Positions 28,155 through 36,670 are shown, counted from the stretch's first letter. The stretch: 64,000 nt of DNA from Patescibacteria group bacterium (GCA_018830295.1 JAHJSM010000002.1:14598-78597); one strand, 5' to 3'. The notes: a model not told the origin generated them from the letters alone. Made by a program: numbers and translations.

Positions 28155-29138
28155 CTAAATTAGGCCCATTTTTTGTTTTGCTTCTTTGAGGGTTTTTTGG
28201 GCTTTTACTTTTGCTTGTTTGGCGCCTTCTTGGAGGATTTTTTCTAATTTTTTAGGATTTTTTTCTAAGGCGGCTTTCTTTTCTTGGAATGATTTTAGTC
28301 CCAGAATGATTGTTTCAGCCAAGCCCTCTTTGAATTGGGCGTATCCTTTGTTTTTGTATTTTTTCTCAATATCGTCAAAAGATAAATCGGAAAAATGTTT
28401 GTAAATAGTCATAAGGTTGGCGATGGCTGGCCTTTTTAAATCATATTCTATGGTAGTTCCAGAATCCGTGACCGCTTTCTTTATTTTTTGCTCAATAACG
28501 GCGGGGGAGTCAGTTAGGGAGATATAATTGTTTGAATTGGCGGCGCTTTTTGACATCTTCTTTAATGGATTATCAAGTCCCATAATTCTGGCGGTTTCTT
28601 TGTTGATGAGCGGCTGGGGGACGGTGAACGATTTTCCGTAGAGATGGTTAAAGCGTCGCGCCAACGATCGCGCCAGTTCAATGTGCTGTTTTTGGTCTTC
28701 GCCAACAGGAACGGCGTCGGTTTGGTAAAGCAAAATGTCGGCTGCCATGAGGACAGGGTAATCAAAAAGTCCGACATTAACTTTGTTTTTATGCTGTTCG
28801 GATTTGTCCTTGAATTGCGTCATCCATTCTAATTCGGGGATTTTCGTGATTGTGTTTAAAAGCCATGCCAATTCGGAGTGTTCGGAAAGATGGGACTGGA
28901 CGAAAACAACACTTTTTTTATGGTCAATTCCAGCCGCTAAATAGATCGCTGCCATTTCTAAAACGGCTTTTCTTAATTTTTGAGGGTCTTGGGGAACGGT
29001 TATAGCGTGCAAATCAACGACGCAAAAAATAGAATTATATTCGTTTTGGAGTTCAACCCAGTTTTTGATGGCGCCCAGGTAGTTGCCGATATGGGCGATG
29101 CCAGTTGGCTGAACGCCGCTGAAGATGGTTTTTTTCAT
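28155..29138 (-). CDS. trpS: tryptophanyl-tRNA synthetase
   Basis: GVQPTG..HIGNYLGA (HIGH-like) and KMSKS motifs; 327 aa. Confidence 0.85.
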   Translation of the reverse strand: MKKTIFSGVQPTGIAHIGNYLGAIKNWVELQNEYNSIFCVVDLHAITVPQDPQKLRKAVLEMAAIYLAAGIDHKKSVVFVQSHLSEHSELAWLLNTITKIPELEWMTQFKDKSEQHKNKVNVGLFDYPVLMAADILLYQTDAVPVGEDQKQHIELARSLARRFNHLYGKSFTVPQPLINKETARIMGLDNPLKKMSKSAANSNNYISLTDSPAVIEQKIKKAVTDSGTTIEYDLKRPAIANLMTIYKHFSDLSFDDIEKKYKNKGYAQFKEGLAETIILGLKSFQEKKAALEKNPKKLEKILQEGAKQAKVKAQKTLKEAKQKMGLI

Positions 29139-29857
29139 TTTTTTTGAAAGGCCTTGATAATTGGTTTCAGGTCGCCTTCTATGATTTTTTCCAAATTATG
29201 CCAGGATTTATTAATGCGATGGTCGGTGACGCGGTTTTGGGGGAAGTTGTAGGTGCGGATTTTTTCGGCTCGCATCGCGGAACCGATTTGCTCGCGTCGT
29301 TCGGCGCTTTCCTTTGCCATTTCTTCTGATTGCTTTTTCGCCAAAAGGCGAGCCCGCAAAACATTCATTGCTATTTCTTTGTTGTGTTGTTGAGACCTTC
29401 CTTCTTGGCAGTTAACCATAATACCTGTCGGCTTGTGGATAATTCTGACGGCGGATTCGGTTTTATTGACATGCTGTCCGCCTGGTCCCGAGGAACGCAG
29501 AACATCAATCCTTAAATCGCGCGGGTCAATTTTTAATTCTGTTTCGGCGACTTCGGGCATAATAGCGACCGAAGCAGTTGAGGTGTGAATTCTTCCCGAT
29601 TTTTCCGTGGTCGGAATTCGCTGGACGCGATGAACGCCAGCTTCTTGCTTAAGTTTATCATACACATCATCGCCCTTTATTCCAAAAATGATTTCGCGGC
29701 AGCCGCCTGCTTCTTTAATGTGTCTTTCAATTAAATTGGTTTTCCAACCTTGTTTTTCCGCGAAACGGGAATACATCCGAAAAAGATCGGACGCGAAAAA
29801 CGCCGCTTCCTCTCCGCCGGCGCCAGCTCTGATTTCAATGATGATGCCTTTGCTCAT
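29135..29857 (-). CDS. prfA: peptide chain release factor 1, truncated form lacking N-terminal domain 1
   Basis: GGQ motif (SSGPGGQHVNKT); tripeptide PTT at the PxT position in the RF1 domain-2 context RVQRIPTTEKSGRIHTS; 240 aa; immediately downstream of rpmE (L31) with 4-nt overlap. Confidence 0.7.
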   Translation of the reverse strand: MSKGIIIEIRAGAGGEEAAFFASDLFRMYSRFAEKQGWKTNLIERHIKEAGGCREIIFGIKGDDVYDKLKQEAGVHRVQRIPTTEKSGRIHTSTASVAIMPEVAETELKIDPRDLRIDVLRSSGPGGQHVNKTESAVRIIHKPTGIMVNCQEGRSQQHNKEIAMNVLRARLLAKKQSEEMAKESAERREQIGSAMRAEKIRTYNFPQNRVTDHRINKSWHNLEKIIEGDLKPIIKAFQKK

Positions 29858-29860
29858 TTT

Positions 29861-30091
29861 TTATTTTTTGAGTTTGAGTCCTGCTTTCTTATCCTTTTGG
29901 GCCATTCTTTGTTTGAATTTTTCTATTTGGCCTGTTTCAATGACTCGTTCTTTGCCTGTATAGAAAGGATGACAAGCGGAACAGATTTCCACTTCCATTT
30001 CAGGAACAGTTGAGCCAAATTCAAACTTAGCGCCGCAAACGCATTTGACTTTTGCTTTGGGATAATATTTAGGATGTATATCTTTTTTCAT
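29861..30091 (-). CDS. rpmE: 50S ribosomal protein L31
   Basis: [10 protein letters not shown]...[12 protein letters not shown]...[10 protein letters not shown] zinc-ribbon L31 signature. Confidence 0.85.
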   Translation of the reverse strand: MKKDIHPKYYPKAKVKCVCGAKFEFGSTVPEMEVEICSACHPFYTGKERVIETGQIEKFKQRMAQKDKKAGLKLKK

Positions 30092-30228
30092 ATTACGGGT
30101 AATATATCAGATAAAGATGGATTGAGCAAGAGCTGAGGACGGGAGCAAGTGCTTGCCTTAATTTTAAATTATGATATACTTTCCGCAGGCCTCTTATAAA
30201 AAAACTTCAAAAGGGGGTTGTTAAATTT

Positions 30229-30966
30229 ATGAAAAAAAAGATTGTAAAAAAGATTGTTGAGAAAAAAGTTGTTAAGGTGACCGACAAGACGGTCAAAAGC
30301 GCTCTTCCGAGTTTGGAAGATATGCTTGGCGCGGGAGTCCATTTCGGTCATCGGGCGTCCAAGTGGAATCCAAAAATGAAGCCGTATGTTTTTACTACTC
30401 GCAGCAATGTTCACATTATTGATTTAGAAAAGACGGCGGCGAAGTTTGAGAAGGCATTGGAATTTTTGCGCCAAATCAAAAAGCAAAATGGAACGATTAT
30501 TTTCGTCGGAACAAAAATCGCCGCGAAAGATATTGTTAAAAAGACGGCCGAGGAATGCGCGATGCCTTTCGTGACGGAAAGATGGATCGGGGGAACGCTG
30601 ACTAACTTTAAGGTTATTTCAAAACGACTCAAGCATTACCGTGATTTAGAAAATGACCAGAAAACAGGGGAGTTGAAAAAATACACCAAGAAAGAACAGC
30701 ATGATTTCGGAGTTCAATTACAACGGCTTGACCTGCAGTTTGGCGGCATCAAAAATTTAACCAAAATGCCAGACGCGCTTTTGATTATTGACACCCACAA
30801 AGAGCAATTAGCGTTAAAAGAAGCGAGGGCGAAGGGGATTTTGACGGTTGGATTGTGTGACACAGACGCCGATCCAACGCTGGTGGATTATCCAATTCCC
30901 GCGAACGATGACGCGATTTCGTCTTTGAAATTAATTTTAGGCGCGATCGAGAAGGTCTTAAAATAA
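30229..30966 (+). CDS. rpsB: 30S ribosomal protein S2 (with short Lys-rich N-terminal extension)
   Basis: GVHFGHRASKWNPKMKPYVF...NVHIIDLEKT S2 signature. Confidence 0.85.
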   Translation: MKKKIVKKIVEKKVVKVTDKTVKSALPSLEDMLGAGVHFGHRASKWNPKMKPYVFTTRSNVHIIDLEKTAAKFEKALEFLRQIKKQNGTIIFVGTKIAAKDIVKKTAEECAMPFVTERWIGGTLTNFKVISKRLKHYRDLENDQKTGELKKYTKKEQHDFGVQLQRLDLQFGGIKNLTKMPDALLIIDTHKEQLALKEARAKGILTVGLCDTDADPTLVDYPIPANDDAISSLKLILGAIEKVLK

Positions 30967-30970
30967 AACT

Positions 30971-31420
30971 ATGATTTCAATGGAACAAATTAAACAATTG
31001 CGCGAAGAAACCAATGTTTCTGTTATGGAGTGCAAGAACGCCTTAGAAGAGGCGGGCGGCGACATGAAAAAAGCGCTGGAGATTTTGAAAGAAAAAGGCA
31101 AAGCAAAAGCGTTAAAGAAGGCGGGTCGGGAAGCGAAACAAGGTTTAGTTGAAGCGTATATTCACAACAATGGCAAAATCGGCGTTGTTTTGGAGTTAAA
31201 CTGCGAAACAGATTTTGTCGCTAGAAACGAGGACTTTAAAGCGCTGGCGCACGATATTGCGATGCATATCGCGGCGATTGCCCCAAAAGACAAGGAGGAA
31301 CTTTTACAGCAACCCTTTATTAAGGACGAAAAGCAAAAAATTGAGGACTTGATAAATGGCGCGATTGCTAAATTGGGAGAAAATATTAGAATAGGGGAAT
31401 TTTCAAGGTTGGAGATATAA
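30971..31420 (+). CDS. tsf: elongation factor Ts, short (149 aa) form
   Basis: N-terminal UBA-like IKQLREETNVSVMECKNALEEAGGDMKKALEILKEKG; directly downstream of rpsB as in the rpsB-tsf operon. Confidence 0.75.
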   Translation: MISMEQIKQLREETNVSVMECKNALEEAGGDMKKALEILKEKGKAKALKKAGREAKQGLVEAYIHNNGKIGVVLELNCETDFVARNEDFKALAHDIAMHIAAIAPKDKEELLQQPFIKDEKQKIEDLINGAIAKLGENIRIGEFSRLEI

Positions 31421-31428
31421 TTTTCGTT

Positions 31429-32121
31429 ATGCTCACAATTATTCTTTATTTTCTCATTACTTTTAGTTTAATTGGTTTAGGGGTTATTCTTTACCGTAAA
31501 ATCCCTGTTTTGGCGAATCTTTCAGAGGAGGAGATTATGATTTTGTCCAGAAAGAAGGGAGTAATTGAACGATTTCGGGGGATAGATTATAAACAGCATG
31601 GATTTAATTTGATGATTTTTTTAGAAAAACTTTTAAGGCGAATCAAAATCGTGTTTTTGAAAATAGAAAATTTGCTTAACAAATGGATTAAGGGATTGAG
31701 GACGCAGTCGCAAATTATGGCCCAGAAGTCCAAAGAGTGGATCAGGCAAAGAGAGATGAAGCGGAGAGAAAAGCAAACGGTTTCGTCCGACAAGACAAAC
31801 GATGAGGTTTCTATTAGAATAAACGATAAAAAAGAAGACGATTCGCAGTTTGAGAAGAAAATGGACGAAATGGCTCTTGATGATTTAAAAAAACCGATTA
31901 AGGAAGAGCAAAAATGGATTGACCTGATTATTGAAAATCCTAAAAATATTACCGCGTATAAGTTTTTGGGATTGTTCTATTGGAAACAGCACAATCACGC
32001 CGATGCGAAAGCGTCGTTGGAGATGGCGGTCAAGTTGGGCTCCAAGGACAAAAAAGTAAAAGAAATTTTAAGGGAGATGAAAGAGGCGGAGGAAGAATCG
32101 GCCCATGTAGCTCAGGGGTAG
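31429..32121 (+). CDS. membrane-anchored hypothetical protein with C-terminal TPR-like region
   Basis: N-terminal TM; C-terminal YKFLGLFYWKQHNHADAKASLEMAVKLG; 3' end overlaps tRNA-Thr by about 20 nt so the true stop is uncertain. Confidence 0.35.
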   Translation: MLTIILYFLITFSLIGLGVILYRKIPVLANLSEEEIMILSRKKGVIERFRGIDYKQHGFNLMIFLEKLLRRIKIVFLKIENLLNKWIKGLRTQSQIMAQKSKEWIRQREMKRREKQTVSSDKTNDEVSIRINDKKEDDSQFEKKMDEMALDDLKKPIKEEQKWIDLIIENPKNITAYKFLGLFYWKQHNHADAKASLEMAVKLGSKDKKVKEILREMKEAEEESAHVAQG

Positions 32122-32172
32122 AGCAACTGTTTTGTAAACAGTCGGTCGGCGGTTCGAATCCGTCCATGGGCT
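32101..32172 (+). tRNA. tRNA-Thr (anticodon UGU)
   Basis: manual cloverleaf: acceptor GCCCATG/CATGGGC, D-stem GCTC/GAGC, anticodon stem ACTGT/ACAGT with loop TTTGTAA, T-arm GGCGG-TTCGAAT-CCGTC. Confidence 0.8.
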
Positions 32173-32180
32173 CTGGGTTC

Positions 32181-32253
32181 CCAGCGGTGGCAGAACGGTT
32201 TATGCGCTGGTCTGTAAAACCAGTTTAAGTAGGTTCGACCCCTACCCGCTGGA
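32181..32253 (+). tRNA. tRNA-Tyr (anticodon GUA), class I (5-nt variable loop) with C1:G72 and A73, i.e. archaeal/eukaryal-type identity set
   Basis: acceptor CCAGCGG/CCGCTGG (C1:G72), discriminator A, anticodon stem CTGGT/ACCAG with loop CTGTAAA, variable TTTAA, T-arm GTAGG-TTCGACC-CCTAC. Confidence 0.65.
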
Positions 32254-32262
32254 CAGGATAAA

Positions 32263-33390
32263 ATGAATACAGAAGAAAAAACAAAACTTATTTCCCGCTT
32301 TACGGAAGAGGTTATGACGCCGGATGATTTGGCGGAACTTCTGTCTAAGAATGTTTCTCTTAATCACTACATCGGATTTGAAATTTCCGGAAAAATCCAC
32401 CTTGGGACGGGTTTAATGTGCATGCAGAAAGTTAAAGATTTCCATGACGCGGGCGTAAAGTGCCATATTTTTTTGGCTGACTGGCATACTTGGATTAACG
32501 ACAAACTTGGCGGGGACAGAGAGGCGATCGGAAGAGTCGCGGTTGGATATTTTAAGGAAGGAATGAGCGCCGCTTATGAATGTCTTGGCGGCAATCCTGA
32601 AGATTTGAATTTTATTCTTGGCTCGGAATTGTATCACGGCAATGATGATTATTGGAAGACGATGATTGAAGTGAGCAAACACACGAGTTTGAGCAGAATG
32701 CAAAGGAGTATTGACATTTTAGGGCGGAAAGAAGGACAGGCGGTTGATTTCGCTAAATTGATTTATCCAGCAATGCAGGTGGCTGATATTTTCGCGATGC
32801 AGATTCATTTTCCGCACGCCGGGTCGGACCAAAGAAAGGCGCAAGTAATCGCGCGCGATGTCGCGAAAAAACTGACAATTATGCCGCTTAAGGCGGGGGA
32901 AGAAATCGTTAAGCCGGCGGCTGTCCATCATCATTTAATTTTAGGACTGCAAAAGCCAGCGATTTGGCCCATTCCTTCGGAAATTGACAAGCATGAACTT
33001 TGGTCATCAATGAAAATGAGCAAATCAAAGCCCGATAGCGCCGTTTTTATTCACGATTCCGAGGATGAGATAAAACGAAAAGTCATGAAGGCCTTTTGCC
33101 CAGAAAAGGAAACTGACTTCAATCCGATTATTGATTGGGCGGAATATTTGATTTTTACGCGAGAAAAGAGTATAACCATAAGGCGAGAGGAAGCGCATGG
33201 AGGGAATTTGGAAATTAAAGATATTGAAGAATTAAAAGAACTTTTCCAAAAAGGCGAACTTCACCCCCAAGACCTCAAAAAATTTGTCGCGGAATATTTA
33301 TCTGATTTGCTCAAGCCAATCAGAGACCGCTTCAGCAAAGGCAAGCCAAAAGAAATGCTGGAGGAATTAGAAACAGTTTTGAAGGGGTAA
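32263..33390 (+). CDS. tyrS: tyrosyl-tRNA synthetase, archaeal/eukaryal type (no C-terminal S4 domain)
   Basis: YIGFEISGKIHLGTGL...HIFLADWHTWIN, LIYPAMQVADI, KMSKSK and C-terminal ELHPQDLKKFVAEYLSDLLKPIRDRF are each close to M. jannaschii TyrRS blocks; distinct from the bacterial TrpRS at 28155. Confidence 0.8.
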   Translation: MNTEEKTKLISRFTEEVMTPDDLAELLSKNVSLNHYIGFEISGKIHLGTGLMCMQKVKDFHDAGVKCHIFLADWHTWINDKLGGDREAIGRVAVGYFKEGMSAAYECLGGNPEDLNFILGSELYHGNDDYWKTMIEVSKHTSLSRMQRSIDILGRKEGQAVDFAKLIYPAMQVADIFAMQIHFPHAGSDQRKAQVIARDVAKKLTIMPLKAGEEIVKPAAVHHHLILGLQKPAIWPIPSEIDKHELWSSMKMSKSKPDSAVFIHDSEDEIKRKVMKAFCPEKETDFNPIIDWAEYLIFTREKSITIRREEAHGGNLEIKDIEELKELFQKGELHPQDLKKFVAEYLSDLLKPIRDRFSKGKPKEMLEELETVLKG

Positions 33391-33399
33391 TTTAATAAT

Positions 33400-33987
33400 A
33401 TGATAAACGAGCAGAAATTAAAAAAATTATACGCGGACGGATTGTCTATGCAAGAAATATCGGAGAAAATGGATTGGGGATACAAAAAGGTAGTTTATTG
33501 GATGAGCAAGTATGGTATTTTAAGAAGAACAAGAAGCGAAGCCACTTATGTAAAGAAAAATCCAAACGGAGATCCTTTTAAAATTAAACAAAAATTAAGT
33601 TTGAGAGAAAAAGAATTAAAGAGCATGGGGTTAGGATTGTATTGGGGCGAGGGGGACAAAAGCGATTATTCATCTGTTAGATTAGGAAATACCGATTCAC
33701 GATTGATTAAGAAATTTATAGAGTTTTTAATTCAAATATGCGGCGTTAAGAAAGAAAAACTAAAGTATGAACTCCAAATATTTAATGATGCTGACCAGCA
33801 AAAGGCGATTAAATTTTGGATGAAAGAATTAGGAATAAGAAAAGATGATTTTACACAAATAATCAATCATCCACCAAGAGGGGATGGCACATACAGAAAT
33901 AAAAATCAAACGGGTGTCTTAATAGTTTATTGCCACAATAAAAAACTTAAGAAAGAGATTATAAAAATGTTAGAACAAGTATTGTAG
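33400..33987 (+). CDS. LAGLIDADG-like homing endonuclease candidate with N-terminal HTH
   Basis: single motif GLGLYWGEGDKS followed by I-CreI-like LIKKFIEFLIQICGVK; N-terminal LYADGLSMQEISEKMDWGYKKVVYWMSKYGI HTH. Confidence 0.4.
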   Translation: MINEQKLKKLYADGLSMQEISEKMDWGYKKVVYWMSKYGILRRTRSEATYVKKNPNGDPFKIKQKLSLREKELKSMGLGLYWGEGDKSDYSSVRLGNTDSRLIKKFIEFLIQICGVKKEKLKYELQIFNDADQQKAIKFWMKELGIRKDDFTQIINHPPRGDGTYRNKNQTGVLIVYCHNKKLKKEIIKMLEQVL

Positions 33988-34003
33988 TTTAATAATTTAA
34001 TAA

Positions 34004-34289
34004 GCCGATGTAGCTCAGTTGGTAGAGCACCTCCATGGTAAATCTCAAATTTTGCCCATTTTAGCGGAAACGCTGGAATGAATCCCGAATTACGGTTAAA
34101 AGCCCAGTACAGGGTTAAGACCGTGGCGTCAATCAAAATTGATACGCCCGAACGACTGACAAGGGAAGCTAAGCTTTGACACAGTGTCAAAGTATGCTTA
34201 AGATACAGTCTATCCCTCTAATATGTGCTTATAAAAAATAGGGGCGTACGAGAAGGAGATGGTCCTCGGTTCAAATCCGAGCATCGGCT
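34004..34289 (+). tRNA. tRNA-Thr (anticodon GGU) interrupted by a group I intron between positions 36 and 37 (exons 34004-34039 and 34253-34289)
   Basis: exon junction restores a 73-nt cloverleaf: acceptor GCCGATG/CATCGGC, D GCTC/GAGC, anticodon stem CCTCC/GGAGA with loop ATGGT|AA, T-arm CTCGG-TTCAAAT-CCGAG; 5' exon ends in U, intron ends in G. Confidence 0.6.
34040..34252 (+). ncRNA. group I self-splicing intron (213 nt) within tRNA-Thr(GGU)
   Basis: P1: exon AUGGU plus intron AAA pairs with IGS UUUGCCCAU (U.G at splice site); GCGGAAACGC GNRA hairpin; R-like CGAACGACTGACA (34149-34161) pairs with S-like AAGATACAGTC (34200-34210) to form P7; P8 hairpin CTTTGACACAGTGTCAAAG; terminal omega-G. 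Confidence 0.55.
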
Positions 34290-34334
34290 CAAGGAGGAAG
34301 TTAGGCCTTCTGAGTAGTAAATAAAATAAAAAAT

Positions 34335-34493
34335 ATGCCACAAGATCACTTAATCAAATTTCAATGTGACGAGTGTAAGAGAATTAACTATTACTCGCGC
34401 AAAAATAAAAAGTCAGTTCAAAAGAAATTAGAACTGAAAAAGTTTTGTAATTGGTGTAGGAAGCATACGATTCATAAAGAGTTGAAGAAATAA
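34335..34493 (+). CDS. rpmG: 50S ribosomal protein L33 (Cys4 zinc-ribbon type); not in the ORF track (<60 aa)
   Basis: MPQDHLIKFQCDECKRINYYSRKNKKSVQKKLELKKFCNWCRKHTIHKELKK; KLELKKF...H.I.KE matches the L33 C-terminus; CxxC...CxxC. Confidence 0.75.
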   Translation: MPQDHLIKFQCDECKRINYYSRKNKKSVQKKLELKKFCNWCRKHTIHKELKK

Positions 34494-34569
34494 GGGCGCG
34501 TCCGTTAATTGGTTAAACGGCTGGTCTCCAAAACCGGTCCTGCAGGTTCGAGTCCTGCCGCGCCTGCCA
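34494..34569 (+). tRNA. tRNA-Trp (anticodon CCA), CCA encoded
   Basis: acceptor GGGCGCG/CGCGCCT (G1.U72), D CGTT/AACG, anticodon stem CTGGT/ACCGG with loop CTCCAAA, T-arm GCAGG-TTCGAGT-CCTGC. Confidence 0.8.
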
Positions 34570-36084
34570 ATGGGTCAGGTTAGAACCTTTAGTTTTATTA
34601 AGTTCTGCCACGAAATTAAAGGGTTCTTTAAGGTCAAAATTCAGTAACCCATCTCTTAGTATAAAGTTTTTGCCAACAGCCCTTAGAAGGGCTTTTTTGT
34701 CTTCAATACTGCCCTCCTCAAACACTTTATAAGCATGGTTGGTTTGGATAATTAGGTTTTCCGCATAATCATGCCACGCTTGATTGGTTTTATCATGGGC
34801 TTCCAATTTTTCTTTGGCTTCCATTTTGGCGTCTAAAATTTCTCTTTTTTTCTTGCCGTACTCTTCTTTTTCAATTAAGCCGTCAGTATAAAGATTAAGC
34901 AATCTATCTAGTCTGTCCTCGCATTTGTTAAATATATTTTGCCAATACTTAATACTATTTAAATATAATTCTTTTTCGTTATTGTGGCTTTTTTTGACAG
35001 CCGTCATTAAAAGTTCTTTAACCATGTCGCCAATAGTGATTTCCTTTATTTTCAACCTTAATTGTTTTTCAATTTCTTCTTCTCTTAAATAGGGTTGAGC
35101 ACATTTTCCTCTTTTTTGGGTGCAGTGGTAATAAACATGTCCTTTTTTCTCTTCGGCTGTAATTGAGCATCCGCAATAACTACATTTGATGATTCCTCTG
35201 AAGGCGAATTGCCAGCGTTGAGAAATGGGGCGGCTATTCTGGCGGAGGACTTCTTGGATTCGATCAAAGATTACTTTACTGATAAGCGGTTCATGATTTC
35301 CTTCGTATTGTTCGTTTTTCATAACCATCATTCCGTAGTAAAATGGATTTCGAAGTAATCGGGCTAAAACACTTTTACTAACTTTTTTATTTTTTAATTT
35401 ACCCCTTAAGTCAAGCTGGTAAGATTTTTCTGCCATTGTTTCCAAATTGAAGTTTCCGGTGGCATATTCCTCAAAAATTTTCTTAATTATCGAACCTTGG
35501 ATAGGATCAATTTCTATCCGTTTTAATACTTTGTTTTCCTTTTCTAAAAGCCGTTGTTTGTGTTTGTCATAACTTTTGCCCGCGATAACGCCTTTTCCGT
35601 CCATATTAATATATCCTATCGGCGCTAAACCTGGCCATTCCTTTTTAGTAGTTAGCTTATGCCTAAAACCTCTTTTAGTGTTAAAACTTAAATCATCAAC
35701 ATATTTTGTAGCCATGCCGAATTCAATTTGCATTAGAAATTTATCATTAACGCCTTCGTAAGTTTTTTCAGCAGTGACAATTTTTGAAATAGTGCCCTTG
35801 CCTAGCCAATAAATAATTCTGCCTCCATCAAGTTCATTTCTAGCTAGTCGGTCTAATTTCCAAGCGATGATCCCGCAATTTCCAGTTTCTATTTTTTCCA
35901 TCATTTCATTAAAAACAGGTCTGCCAATATCTTTGGCTGACCTGGATTCTTTGAATATCTCTACAATGTTTAATCCTTCCTTTTGCGCTAACTGAGTTAA
36001 TTCCCTAATTTGAGAATCAATTGAGAGTATTTGACGATCTTCCTCTTCTGAAGACTTGCGAACATAAAGAAAATATTGGTTCAT
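34513..36084 (-). CDS. large serine recombinase (phage-type serine integrase)
   Basis: N-terminal resolvase catalytic domain YVRKSSEEEDRQILSIDSQ (Ser nucleophile), recombinase domain, zinc ribbon CSYCGCSITAEEKKGHVYYHC, C-terminal coiled coil; last 18 codons (WQARQDSNLQDRFWRPAV) are encoded on the antisense strand of tRNA-Trp nt 34513-34569. Confidence 0.8.
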   Translation of the reverse strand: MNQYFLYVRKSSEEEDRQILSIDSQIRELTQLAQKEGLNIVEIFKESRSAKDIGRPVFNEMMEKIETGNCGIIAWKLDRLARNELDGGRIIYWLGKGTISKIVTAEKTYEGVNDKFLMQIEFGMATKYVDDLSFNTKRGFRHKLTTKKEWPGLAPIGYINMDGKGVIAGKSYDKHKQRLLEKENKVLKRIEIDPIQGSIIKKIFEEYATGNFNLETMAEKSYQLDLRGKLKNKKVSKSVLARLLRNPFYYGMMVMKNEQYEGNHEPLISKVIFDRIQEVLRQNSRPISQRWQFAFRGIIKCSYCGCSITAEEKKGHVYYHCTQKRGKCAQPYLREEEIEKQLRLKIKEITIGDMVKELLMTAVKKSHNNEKELYLNSIKYWQNIFNKCEDRLDRLLNLYTDGLIEKEEYGKKKREILDAKMEAKEKLEAHDKTNQAWHDYAENLIIQTNHAYKVFEEGSIEDKKALLRAVGKNFILRDGLLNFDLKEPFNFVAELNKTKGSNLTHWQARQDSNLQDRFWRPAV

Positions 36085-36184
36085 GTTTGTATGTTAATAG
36101 TCATAAAGTCATACTTAAGGCAAAAAGTAGGGGATTGTTCTTTGTTTGTTTATACTCAGCGGTAACGGAGTTCTTAATTTTTAT

Positions 36185-36670
36185 TTACCAAATATTTAAG
36201 ATTTTCCAATTATTTTTGTAAGGTTTGCCAAATTCTAAATCATCTTTATTATTTCTTTGCGGGTCAAAACAACGAACGGAATTGTCTTTGCGAGGACGAC
36301 CGCCACGGCCCGGGGTTCTTAGCCATTTGCGATGTTTTTGATAAAGATATTTACAAAATGTTTTTTGAGGGAATATATAATATTCTGGTAGTTTGTTTGG
36401 CCCCAAAAGGTCTACTAAAACAACATAATGATTAATTAGTCCTGCATCTTCTTCGGTGCTTTTTGCTAAGTTCCATCCTTGATTGTTCTCAACCGACATG
36501 GTTTTGGTTTGGATTGAAATTGATTTACCATTGTCGGGGTTAGTAACCAATAAATCAACTTTAGGCGTATTTTTCAAAGTAATTGTGGCGATCAAACCCC
36601 TTTGAGATAATTCCGCAGCCACAAAATATTCTCCCGCTATTCCAACAATATTTGGGCGTTTTTTAATCAT
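36185..36670 (-). CDS. hypothetical protein (possible PD-(D/E)xK-like fold)
   Basis: VDLLVTNPDNGKSISIQTK loosely resembles a D...(E/Q)xK nuclease motif; otherwise no match. Confidence 0.3.
   Translation of the reverse strand: MIKKRPNIVGIAGEYFVAAELSQRGLIATITLKNTPKVDLLVTNPDNGKSISIQTKTMSVENNQGWNLAKSTEEDAGLINHYVVLVDLLGPNKLPEYYIFPQKTFCKYLYQKHRKWLRTPGRGGRPRKDNSVRCFDPQRNNKDDLEFGKPYKNNWKILNIW

Noticed and set aside
32181-32253. Concern that tRNA-Tyr was mis-folded because bacterial tRNA-Tyr normally has a long variable arm
   Set aside because: Only the class I fold gives full acceptor, D, anticodon and T pairing. The resulting C1:G72/A73 matches the adjacent archaeal-type TyrRS, so the class I assignment was kept.
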